Assembly: GCA_944358435.1 (NCBI GenBank) | Contig: CALVRD010000001.1 | Coordinates: 7,977 to 71,976 of the forward strand | Length of the DNA stretch: 64,000 nt | From: an uncultured Bacilli bacterium | GTDB taxonomy: Bacteria > Bacillota_I > Bacilli_A > RF39 > UBA660 | Direction of reading: 5' to 3' | In this document: positions 36,898 through 45,757 of the stretch, piece after piece | Numbering within the stretch: position 1 is the stretch's first letter | Layout of the letters: each line of letters begins with the position of its first letter | Notes under the pieces: generated by a model | The model's input: only the letters and a program-made list of their open reading frames with translations | What the model was told of the DNA's origin: nothing | The model's database searches: none | Program-made: the position numbers and the translations under genes

Positions 36898-37809
36898 TTA
36901 AAATTTACGTCCTCCACCGCCATGACTCATTCCACTACTTCCATGACTAATTGAACGTCCTCCACTACTGCCACCACCACTAGAAGAATCATGATATCTA
37001 GCTGAGCGATGTACACTTCTACCTAAAAACATATCTTTTACTACATGTATATCAGAATTAACAAGATATTGTCTAGATGAATTAGCTTTATGTACTAGTT
37101 TATTATTAAAAACCAATATACACATTACTACTGCTGTTCCAATAGTTGAAAATAAAATGATATTACCCCAAGGCATAATTTTTATCTTTACAACACCTGT
37201 AACTCTGGGCTCATTTCCATACTCATCAGGTTCACCAACATCTGCAAACCACTCAAGTTCTTCAATAAATTTTTCTGTACCACTAAAATATTCTTCATTC
37301 GCAATATACTCAAAGGCAACATCTAAACACCTATCTATTCTCTCATCAGTATACATTGTTATTGCTTGACCTGTAGTAGTCATATAAAATTCTCTATTAT
37401 CCATATCAATTAAAAATAATAATCCATCATAACTACCATTAAATCCAAAATCATTGTAATTATAAAAGTCCATAGCATACTCTTTAGTAGAACTTTTCCC
37501 ATTATTATCAACAGTTACAATAGCTAAATCTAAATTAAATTCATCTATATAATCACTAATAATAGAATATAACTCATCTTCTTCACTATCAGTAAATAAA
37601 TCGGCAAAATCATAAATTTTTTCATTAGAATCAACAGCTGGAGTTTCCAATATTTTATTTAATCTATAATCCGTAATTTCAATATCTTTATTAATTAAAT
37701 AATTATTTGAATAATTTCTCTCAAATGTCTTAGTGCTAGCAAAAACTTCAATATTACCCAAAAAAACACATATTAACAAACAGATAAATAATCTTATAAT
37801 CTTTCTCAT
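36898..37809 (-). CDS. TPM-domain (TLP18.3/Psb32/MOLO-1) protein with signal peptide, TM segment and Gly/Ser-rich tail (YdjH-like)
   Basis: DFADLFTDSEEDELYS...LAIVTV...DGLLFLIDMDNREFYMTTTGQA is TPM-like; the probable start is MRKIIRLF (ORF-track start trimmed). Confidence 0.5.
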   Translation of the reverse strand: MRKIIRLFICLLICVFLGNIEVFASTKTFERNYSNNYLINKDIEITDYRLNKILETPAVDSNEKIYDFADLFTDSEEDELYSIISDYIDEFNLDLAIVTVDNNGKSSTKEYAMDFYNYNDFGFNGSYDGLLFLIDMDNREFYMTTTGQAITMYTDERIDRCLDVAFEYIANEEYFSGTEKFIEELEWFADVGEPDEYGNEPRVTGVVKIKIMPWGNIILFSTIGTAVVMCILVFNNKLVHKANSSRQYLVNSDIHVVKDMFLGRSVHRSARYHDSSSGGGSSGGRSISHGSSGMSHGGGGRKF

Positions 37810-37817
37810 AGCTTCAC

Positions 37818-38882
37818 CTATACCAAATATACAATCATTGAAATAACTAAGAAAAATCCTAGAAATATAATAATTGTCCACATAATTGTCTCTTTTACAC
37901 CAACTGGTATATTTCCAACAAGTTTTCCTGTTTGCCCATTCATCGCAAAAGTATACTTTTTTCCTTTATAATTAATATTTACCATAAAAACTGGTAACAT
38001 TATATAACCTGAATCGACTTTAGTAATATTCATATTATTTGTTTCTAAAACATTACTTTGATGTTTAACTTTTGCCTCTACTAATTCTTTGCAAGTTTTC
38101 ATTGTTCGCTCTGTTGCTCTAGCAAATCCATCATCTTCACTAACATCATACTTTTCTGCTAGAAATCCTGATAAATAAGCATGATTATATTCTATTAAAT
38201 CTGATAAATCAAATGGTTCAAGCGAATCCATTAAGTCATCAGCAAATCTTGTTGAAGCATCTGCTAAAACTTTAGAATATTCTAGCTTTCCATACATATT
38301 GACATTATACCTAGATGTTTCTGTATAATTATAATTATAATCACTCCACATTCTAGTATCAGTAGATAAAAAAGTCATATTACCATCTGCCAGTAAATCA
38401 TATGTCCAAAATGGAATATAAACACCAGCAACTTTTTCAATATTTTTTATGTCTTTAAATTCCTTTGGAGTCAATATTTTTTTCTTAGTAAGATTTGTAA
38501 ATGCTGTTATAGCATCTTCTCTAACTTTCTTAAATGGAATAATCAATGTTGGAGCAATTCCATCTTCTATTTTATCTTTTAAAATAGCTGTACTACCACA
38601 ATAAACACAAAATGTTGCTGTAACAGTCTCATCGGCCATAATTTCTGCTCCACAGTTTTTACAGCTATAAACATCCATCTTCTCTAACTTTTTATCTTTA
38701 TTAATTTTCTTTTTTTTATTAGCTTTAGCACTGCTAGCGTTATTATATTGCTGCATCTCTTCTAATGAAAATTTACTGTCACAATATTCACAATCCCATT
38801 TCTGAATCTTTGGATTAAAAGTAATCTTCGCACCACACCCTGGACACTTATTGTCCAACACATCCAACTTTATCACATCCAA
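37818..38882 (-). CDS. Double zinc-ribbon protein with a C-terminal TM anchor (YdjG-like)
   Basis: CPGCGAK...CEYCDS and CKNCGAE...CVYCGS ribbons; C-terminal hydrophobic helix. Confidence 0.45.
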   Translation of the reverse strand: MDVIKLDVLDNKCPGCGAKITFNPKIQKWDCEYCDSKFSLEEMQQYNNASSAKANKKKKINKDKKLEKMDVYSCKNCGAEIMADETVTATFCVYCGSTAILKDKIEDGIAPTLIIPFKKVREDAITAFTNLTKKKILTPKEFKDIKNIEKVAGVYIPFWTYDLLADGNMTFLSTDTRMWSDYNYNYTETSRYNVNMYGKLEYSKVLADASTRFADDLMDSLEPFDLSDLIEYNHAYLSGFLAEKYDVSEDDGFARATERTMKTCKELVEAKVKHQSNVLETNNMNITKVDSGYIMLPVFMVNINYKGKKYTFAMNGQTGKLVGNIPVGVKETIMWTIIIFLGFFLVISMIVYLV

Positions 38883-38957
38883 TCTTTTCCTAATTATATC
38901 ATGTATACTTTAAGATGTAAATCAACGGATTAAAAACACCTTGATTTATAGTATAAT

Positions 38958-38993
38958 AATTTTTAATCATTTTTATAAAAATGATTAAAAATT
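38958..38993. repeat. 36-bp perfect AT-rich palindrome (core TTTTAATCATTTTTATAAAAATGATTAAAA)
   Basis: Hand-checked perfect reverse-complement symmetry; lies between the YdjG-like gene start and the IS110 remnant. Confidence 0.5.
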
Positions 38994-40450
38994 GCAGTTT
39001 GAGTTTGGGCAAATTATATCAGGGGTCTTTGTATCCATTTTTATGACTGCCCGTCTCTTACCTTATTATTAATCTAGTCTTAGAAAGTGGGGTCTTTGTA
39101 TCCATATAAACCGCATGATGAGATAATTTTAAGCACTAAGAGTCAAACTAGAAAGGAAGTATGTATGAAATATGTTTTAGTATTAGATGTAGCTAAAGGT
39201 AAAAGTATGTATATGTTATCTTCTAGTGCTGGTGAAATTTTAATTGAACCAACCGAATATGAACACAACAAACCAAATTTTGAATTCATCAATTCTGAAA
39301 TTAATAAATATAATATCAAAGATAATTTAACTGTTGTTATGGAAGCAACTAGTATTTATCACAAAGCACCTGAAAGATATTTTAAAGAAAATGATTATCA
39401 TGTTATTGTATTTAATCCACTTATTGGAAAAGAAATTACAAATACTATTAGAAAAACAAAAACTGATAAACAAGATTGTTTTTAATTAACAGACTTATTT
39501 TTTAAAGGCAGTATTCCTAATAGAAATTATAACGAAGAAGATATTTATAGTAAATTAAATGAGTTATCTAGACAATACCATCATTTAGAAGAAGGATTAA
39601 CTAGACATAAAAATCGTTATAAAGAATTATTACATTTATGTTTCCCTGAATTTGAATTATGTTTTAAGGATGGAAAAATATATGAATTAACAGCCCTTAA
39701 TTTTATTAAAGAATTTCCACATGCATATATTATTAAAAATAAACGAATAGATGCTCTTGCTTATAATATGGCTAACACAAATAATAGACATTTAAATCAT
39801 TATAAAAAGAAAGCTATTTCTATAAAAAAGCATGCACAAAATTCGTATCCTTGAGTTGCTGAAAGTTCTAAAGACACCGATAATTTAAAACAATTAACAC
39901 AAATAATAATTGACTTAACTAAACAAATTAATTTGATAAAAGAAAATATGATTACTTTTGCTAAACGAACTAAAAACTTTGACAAAATTACTAGTATTTT
40001 TGGAATAGCAGATTGGTCTGCTTCACTTATTATTGCTGAATTGAAAGATATAACAAGGTTTGATAATATTAAACAAATAAATGCAAGTTGTGGTTTAGAT
40101 CCGACGATAATTCAATCTGGTAAATCTATTAATTATCACGGCCCTATTTCTAAAAGAGGAAATAGATATGCTAGAAAAATTTTATTTAATTGTAGTCGTA
40201 ATATTATAACTTTGTCTGCTAAACTCGATAAAGAAAATTCAATTTATATTTATTACCAAAAGAAAAAACAGGAAGGTAAACATTACTACGCTTGTTTAAC
40301 TGCCTGTTCTACTAAACTAATAAGAATCATTTATGCAATATGTATGAATGATTCACAAACACAATATTAGTTTAGCACTTCTTTTAATATATAACAACTA
40401 TTTAACACCAAAAATTTAAAAAATTAGGTAATTTTGGTGTTTTTAGCATG
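38994..40450 (+). mobile_element. Decayed IS110-family insertion sequence (boundaries approximate)
   Basis: DEDD-type N-terminal and IS110 C-terminal transposase domains in different frames, an internal stop, 17-bp direct repeats GGGGTCTTTGTATCCAT at 39022 and 39089 in the 5' non-coding flank. Confidence 0.45.
39165..40370 (+). pseudogene. IS110-family transposase, disrupted by a frameshift near 39485 and a TGA at ~39853
   Basis: N-terminus MKYVLVLDVAKGK...VVMEATSIYHK...VIVFNPL...KTKTDKQD; C-terminal part in a second ORF (39933..40370) with IS110 C-terminal domain features. Confidence 0.6.
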
Positions 40451-40531
40451 CTTTAATTATTATAAATATAATTTCTTTAACAATTTTATAAAAAACACTT
40501 GTAAAAGCTTAGAAAGTCATAAATATATAAA

Positions 40532-41230
40532 TTAATATTTAATCATATCATTAATCATCCATACTCTACTAACAATATCAATAATTTTACTTCCACAATA
40601 ACAACAATTTCCACTTAAATCAGTAATTGGTGAACCACAATTTGGACAATTAACACCAATAACTTTTTTAGAAATAGATATTTTAGAAGCATCTATAACA
40701 TAAATATACTCTGTCTTAACTCTATCTTGAACTTTTCTAACTAACTTATCATTTTTATATAATAAATATTCAAAGGCTGTAGATAAATAAATAGTTGCTA
40801 CTCCACCACTTTTTTCATATTTAGATACAACTGTCGTATGTATTTTTAAGCATTTAAAACCAACTGAATCATTTTTTAAACTACTAATAACTTTATTAAT
40901 AAAATTCTTTATCTTTTCACACTTAATATCTTTAATATTTTTAGTTTCAATTGCTTTATAAACACTAATTATCTCATTTTCACTCATTCTTTTTAATTCA
41001 TTTATATTTAAATCTGGAAAATCATGTTTTATCTGCTCTAAATAAATACTATCCATACTTGATAAAGATTTAGGAACTTCTTCATCCTCGAGTCTAGCCT
41101 CTTCAATTATACTTTTTAAGTCATTACCACCAAAATATTTTCTAGTAAATTGTTTAATCTTATTTCTAATAAATAAATACCCAAAAATTATAAATAAAGC
41201 CAGAAAAATAACCCCTATTAAAAACGGCAC
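40532..41230 (-). CDS. Membrane-anchored protein with a C-terminal zinc ribbon (232 aa)
   Basis: N-terminal TM helix; C-terminal CPNCGS...CCYCGS. Confidence 0.3.
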   Translation of the reverse strand: MPFLIGVIFLALFIIFGYLFIRNKIKQFTRKYFGGNDLKSIIEEARLEDEEVPKSLSSMDSIYLEQIKHDFPDLNINELKRMSENEIISVYKAIETKNIKDIKCEKIKNFINKVISSLKNDSVGFKCLKIHTTVVSKYEKSGGVATIYLSTAFEYLLYKNDKLVRKVQDRVKTEYIYVIDASKISISKKVIGVNCPNCGSPITDLSGNCCYCGSKIIDIVSRVWMINDMIKY

Positions 41231-41282
41231 AAATCATCACCTAACTATATTCTAGCATAAATTAAAACTTAAAAAAAGAAGA

Positions 41283-41432
41283 TTATTTATCTTCATATTT
41301 TTTAAATCCTGCTTCTTTTTCCACAACTTCTACTAATATTTTTCCTTCTTTAGAATTACAATCAATATTAATATTATGAAGTCCTGCTTCTTTTTTAACA
41401 GTATCTATTATATTTTTATCTTTACTCATCAT
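41283..41432 (-). CDS. Candidate 49-aa small ORF (MMSKDKNIIDTVKKEAGLHNININIDCNSKEGKILVEVVEKEAGFKKYEDK), not in the ORF track
   Basis: Hand translation of the 282-bp gap downstream of serS; weak GGTGAT RBS; internal KEAG(L/F) repeat. Confidence 0.2.
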   Translation of the reverse strand: MMSKDKNIIDTVKKEAGLHNINIDCNSKEGKILVEVVEKEAGFKKYEDK

Positions 41433-41471
41433 ATCACCAATATAAATATATTGATTTAATGCAATTTTTAT

Positions 41472-41505
41472 GTAAAAAAAGAAAAGTATCTCTGATACCT
41501 TTCAA
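41472..41505 (-). terminator. Rho-independent terminator of serS
   Basis: 9-bp stem AAAGGTATC/GATACTTTT (one G-U pair) followed by a T-run on the minus strand. Confidence 0.45.
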
Positions 41506-41511
41506 TATTAA

Positions 41512-42801
41512 TTACTTATTTATTGGTCTAATTACTTCTTTACCACCCATATATGGTTGTAAAACTTTTGGTATTTTTACACTACCATCTTCTTGATAGT
41601 TATTCTCTAACATTGCAATCAATCCTCTAGGTGAAGCAACTACTGTATTATTTAATGTATGTAAGTAATATGTTCCTTTTTCACCCTTAGCTCTAATACC
41701 TAAACGTCTAGCTTGAGCATCACCTAAATTAGAACAACTAGCAACTTCAAAATATTTCTTTTGACGTGGACTCCAAGCTTCAACATCACAAGATTTAACT
41801 TTTAAATCAGCTAAATCTCCACTACAACATTCAAGTTGTCTAACTGGAATATCCCATTGTCTAAATAAATCAACTGTTAATTTCCACATCTTATTATACC
41901 AATCCATTGATTCTTCTGGTTCACATATAACAATCATTTCTTGTTTTTCAAATTGATGAACACGATATAGACCTCTTTCTTCCAATCCATGAGATCCACC
42001 TTCTTTACGGAAACATGGAGAATATGAAGTCATATTAACTGGTAATTCTTCTTTCTTAAGAATTTGATCTTTAAATTTACCAATCATTGAATGTTCTGAA
42101 GTACCAATTAGATATAAATCTTCTCCCTCAATTTTATACATCATAGCTTCCATCTCTGGAAATGACATAACTCCAGTAACAACATCACTATGAATCATAA
42201 ATGGTGGAATAGCATAAGTAAATCCATTTTCAATCATATAATCTCTAGCATAAGCAATCATTGCTTCATGAAGTCTAGCAATATCTCCCATCAAGAAATA
42301 AAAACCTTCTCCACTTGTACGTCCAGCCGCGTCTTTATCAATTCCATTAAATGAAGCAGCAATATCAGCATGATATGGTATTTCATAATCTGGAACAACT
42401 GGTTCCCCAAATCTCTCAACTTCTACATTCTCACTATCATCTTTTCCAATTGGAACAGATGAATCCATTATTTGTGGAATCATAAGCATTCTATCTCTAA
42501 TTTCTTTTGCTAAAACAACCTGTTCATCTTCTAAAGACTTTATCTCATCAGCCATAGTTGCTATTTCTTCTTTAATTTTATTAGCTTCATCAATTTTTTT
42601 ATCTTTCATCAATTTACCAATTTCAGAACTTAAACGATTCTTTTCAGCTTTTAGTCCATCAACACGAACTTGTACTTCTCTAACCCTAACATCTAAATCC
42701 TTAACTTCATCGACTAATTTTAACTTTTCATCTTGAAACTTCTTCTTAATATTTTCTTTTACCATTTCAGGATTTTCTCTAATTAATTTAATATCTATCA
42801 T
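41512..42801 (-). CDS. serS: Seryl-tRNA synthetase
   Basis: N-terminal coiled-coil arm and class II aaRS motifs; the probable start is MIDIKLIRENPE. Confidence 0.9.
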   Translation of the reverse strand: MIDIKLIRENPEMVKENIKKKFQDEKLKLVDEVKDLDVRVREVQVRVDGLKAEKNRLSSEIGKLMKDKKIDEANKIKEEIATMADEIKSLEDEQVVLAKEIRDRMLMIPQIMDSSVPIGKDDSENVEVERFGEPVVPDYEIPYHADIAASFNGIDKDAAGRTSGEGFYFLMGDIARLHEAMIAYARDYMIENGFTYAIPPFMIHSDVVTGVMSFPEMEAMMYKIEGEDLYLIGTSEHSMIGKFKDQILKKEELPVNMTSYSPCFRKEGGSHGLEERGLYRVHQFEKQEMIVICEPEESMDWYNKMWKLTVDLFRQWDIPVRQLECCSGDLADLKVKSCDVEAWSPRQKKYFEVASCSNLGDAQARRLGIRAKGEKGTYYLHTLNNTVVASPRGLIAMLENNYQEDGSVKIPKVLQPYMGGKEVIRPINK

Positions 42802-42829
42802 TATAAACACCTCCACTTTTACCCAATCT

Positions 42830-43065
42830 ACCCAAACTAATTAAAAATAAAAAGAACAGTACACCAAGGAGTGCATAATTGCACGGTACCATCCTTTCTT
42901 TTACTTAATTAGATAACGGAATTTATCCCGGAATTTCTTCATCTATAGAGTAGATAAATAAGTATTTAATATCGTTTTCACCAACCACGATTTCTCTACA
43001 ATTAAATTATCTTATTATTGGTTCTAATTATCGACTTATTTATATTATATGCTATTGCCATATAT
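42830..43065 (-). ncRNA. T-box riboswitch leader of serS
   Basis: Minus-strand AAAGAAAGGATGGTACCGTGCAAT matches the T-box core (GGTGGTACCGCG-like). A hairpin (GTGCA...TGCAC) and a U-run lie just before serS. Confidence 0.5.
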
Positions 43066-43075
43066 TTATCAAGAA

Positions 43076-44335
43076 TTATTTTTTACAAATAACTGATCCC
43101 TCAGGTATTTCAACACTCTTCCCCTTTTCTGCATAAACTTTTCTAATCATATTATCTTTTGTTTCATCAATACCATACACATTATTATTAAGAGCAATAT
43201 AATAGTCACTCTTATTATCATGATTAACTACTTTAATATATCCTCGATAATATTCTCTACTTAAAGATGAATCATTTAACTTATCACTATAAAAATAATT
43301 ACCAACATTATCAAATTGAATATAATATACATCTTGCTCATCTATAGTCAAATTATTTGAACAAAAATACCGATCGTTTTTAATGCTCTCTTTAGCGTCC
43401 TTCATAATATATTCCGCATCTTTAATAAATGTTCTCGTTTTAATTTGTTTAAATTTATATATAAACCAATCACTATTATTATATATAATAGAGGCAACAC
43501 CACTAAAAATACATATAAATACTAAAGTCAAAATAAACTTATTCCATTTAAATAATTTCTCAGTATATTTACTTTTTTCTGCTTCATTAACATAAATAAT
43601 TCCATTATAGCCTCCAAGATAGCTAAATGCTATAAAAGGTATCATAATTGGTCCTAATATAAGTGTAATCCATGGATTTTTTCCAAACGATTTACCCAAT
43701 CTATAAAACATATAAAGTAAAACAAAAACACCAATTACTGGAATAAAAGTAAGAAAAAAGACCCATCCCTTAAATAATACAATATCGTATAAAACATATA
43801 AATTATATACTGGAATTAAAGCTTTCCACCAACGCCTATTAGCTTTCATAAATAAAAGTTGAAATGAATATCCCCATATAAATAAAAGTGAATAAATTAT
43901 TATAAAATACGAAAACTTTTCACTTAATAAAACTGCTTTCATATCTCCATTAATAGATAATCCATACAAAAAAATTAAAACTAGTACTGCAATAAAAAAT
44001 AAAATATTAAAAACTGCACACACTGTTAAACTACCTGTATTATCAGCTAACTTTTCAATTGGTCTTGAATTATTAAATATTGACAATTTGCCTCTATTAT
44101 TCATTGTACCTTGTCCAATAACATAAGTACCTTCACCATTCTTTGATTTACTCGTATATTTCTCCATATACTGATTATCAACATTCTCATAATTTAGTTG
44201 CCCACATTTTAAACAATTACGCTGACTTTTTCTCATCAATTCCCCACATCTAGGACAAGTTATCATTTCTTCCTTAACCATATCTCTCCACCACCATTCT
44301 ACCATTAGTTTATCACATAAATCTAAAATCAACAA
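43076..44335 (-). CDS. Polytopic membrane protein with an N-terminal zinc ribbon (419 aa)
   Basis: CPRCGELMRKSQRNCLKCGQ ribbon, then ~5 TM helices and a C-terminal soluble domain. Confidence 0.3.
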   Translation of the reverse strand: MLILDLCDKLMVEWWWRDMVKEEMITCPRCGELMRKSQRNCLKCGQLNYENVDNQYMEKYTSKSKNGEGTYVIGQGTMNNRGKLSIFNNSRPIEKLADNTGSLTVCAVFNILFFIAVLVLIFLYGLSINGDMKAVLLSEKFSYFIIIYSLLFIWGYSFQLLFMKANRRWWKALIPVYNLYVLYDIVLFKGWVFFLTFIPVIGVFVLLYMFYRLGKSFGKNPWITLILGPIMIPFIAFSYLGGYNGIIYVNEAEKSKYTEKLFKWNKFILTLVFICIFSGVASIIYNNSDWFIYKFKQIKTRTFIKDAEYIMKDAKESIKNDRYFCSNNLTIDEQDVYYIQFDNVGNYFYSDKLNDSSLSREYYRGYIKVVNHDNKSDYYIALNNNVYGIDETKDNMIRKVYAEKGKSVEIPEGSVICKK

Positions 44336-44364
44336 AATAAATAAATTAATTCAAAAAAAAGAGA

Positions 44365-44625
44365 CTACTTAGCCTCTATAATTAACTTAATTGCGGTTCT
44401 TTCTTCTCCATCAATTGCAATATCTTGAAATGCTGGAATACAAACTAAATTTTTCCCACTAGGAGCAACAAATCCTCTTGCTATTGCTACTGCCTTGATT
44501 GCCTGATTTAAAGCACCAGCCCCAACCGCTTGAATCTCAACAGTTCCTTTCTCTCTAAAGACATTAGCTAAAGCTCCTGCCACACTATTTGGATTAGACT
44601 TACTACTTACTTTAAGTGTTTCCAT
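44365..44625 (-). CDS. spoVS: Stage V sporulation protein S
   Basis: METLKVSSKSNPNSVAGALANV...AVGAGALNQAIKAVAIARGF is near-identical in pattern to SpoVS; RBS GAGAGGAA; the ORF-track extension is rejected. Confidence 0.85.
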   Translation of the reverse strand: METLKVSSKSNPNSVAGALANVFREKGTVEIQAVGAGALNQAIKAVAIARGFVAPSGKNLVCIPAFQDIAIDGEERTAIKLIIEAK

Positions 44626-44728
44626 ATATATTAATTCCTCTCTTTCTGTACTAAATACTATGAGAAAAATAAATATATATTCCACTTTTCTCTCTAAAAT
44701 CTTATAAGAAATAATCCAAAAACAAATT

Positions 44729-45694
44729 CTATTTCTTAATATAATCCATTAAAACTTCCGTAACCTTTTTATATCCTTCATCTGTAAGATGAAGACCATC
44801 AATTGTATAGTCCAATTTTAATAAACCATCATCATCTATTAATTCATCATATATATTTATATAAGTAATTTTTTCTTCTTTAGCAAACTTTTCTAATTCT
44901 TTATTAATAACTATAATATCTTCATTTCTTCTATTACCATTAATAACATCATTTGAAATTTTATCATCATCACTATTATTAATTGGATAAATAGATTCAA
45001 TATATATTTTTGCATAAGGTCTATTAGCCTTAATATTTTTAACAATCTCCTTTATATTATTAACTATATCTTCATTACTAACCTTCAACTCTAAATCATT
45101 TGTACCAATAAGAAGAAATACTTTAGAAGGATTATATTGATATACCATATCATTCATTCTTTTTAAAATAGCACTTGTTGTATATCCAGAAATACCACTA
45201 TTAACAACTGGTAAATCTTCATAAAATTTATCTAAATGATATTGTTCTGTAATTGAATCTCCTAAAAACAAATAGTTATCATCAACTACCTTCACTTCTT
45301 TAATAACTTCTTTTTCTACTATTTTTTCCTTATTATGATCTATAGTACAAAAATGATAAATAATAAATAATAATAAAAATAAGCAAGCAAGCATTAGTAG
45401 CCAAACTAAAACCCAAATCCGTCTTTTTTCATTCAGAACTGCTAAACTTTCTTTAAATTCTTCATTAGCTTTTGCTATTTCATCTATATCAAGTATTTCT
45501 GTTTTTTGTTCAATTGCTTTTTTATTAAACTTGCCTTCAACAAAACTAATATCTAAATTTTTTGTTGAATCTAAATCTTCTATTTCTATAGTTTTAGAAC
45601 TATTATCTACATTATTTTTCTTATTATTATTATTTTTAATCATATTCATCTGTTTTTCATACCTATTATATTTGCTACTATTCTTCTTAGCCAT
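44729..45694 (-). CDS. Membrane-anchored SGNH/GDSL hydrolase
   Basis: LFLGDSITEQY (GDS block), GTND block, and DGLH near the C-terminus; N/K-rich N-terminus plus a TM segment. Confidence 0.6.
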   Translation of the reverse strand: MAKKNSSKYNRYEKQMNMIKNNNNKKNNVDNSSKTIEIEDLDSTKNLDISFVEGKFNKKAIEQKTEILDIDEIAKANEEFKESLAVLNEKRRIWVLVWLLMLACLFLLLFIIYHFCTIDHNKEKIVEKEVIKEVKVVDDNYLFLGDSITEQYHLDKFYEDLPVVNSGISGYTTSAILKRMNDMVYQYNPSKVFLLIGTNDLELKVSNEDIVNNIKEIVKNIKANRPYAKIYIESIYPINNSDDDKISNDVINGNRRNEDIIVINKELEKFAKEEKITYINIYDELIDDDGLLKLDYTIDGLHLTDEGYKKVTEVLMDYIKK

Positions 45695-45757
45695 AAAACC
45701 ACCTCATTCAATCAAAAACAATTATAACATAGTCTAAATAAATTAAGAGAAATATTT

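Noticed and set aside
38883-39086. A pspA remnant upstream of the YdjG-like gene
   Set aside because: Only ~200 bp of non-coding sequence (palindrome plus IS flank) lie there. No frame shows PspA-like coiled-coil coding potential.
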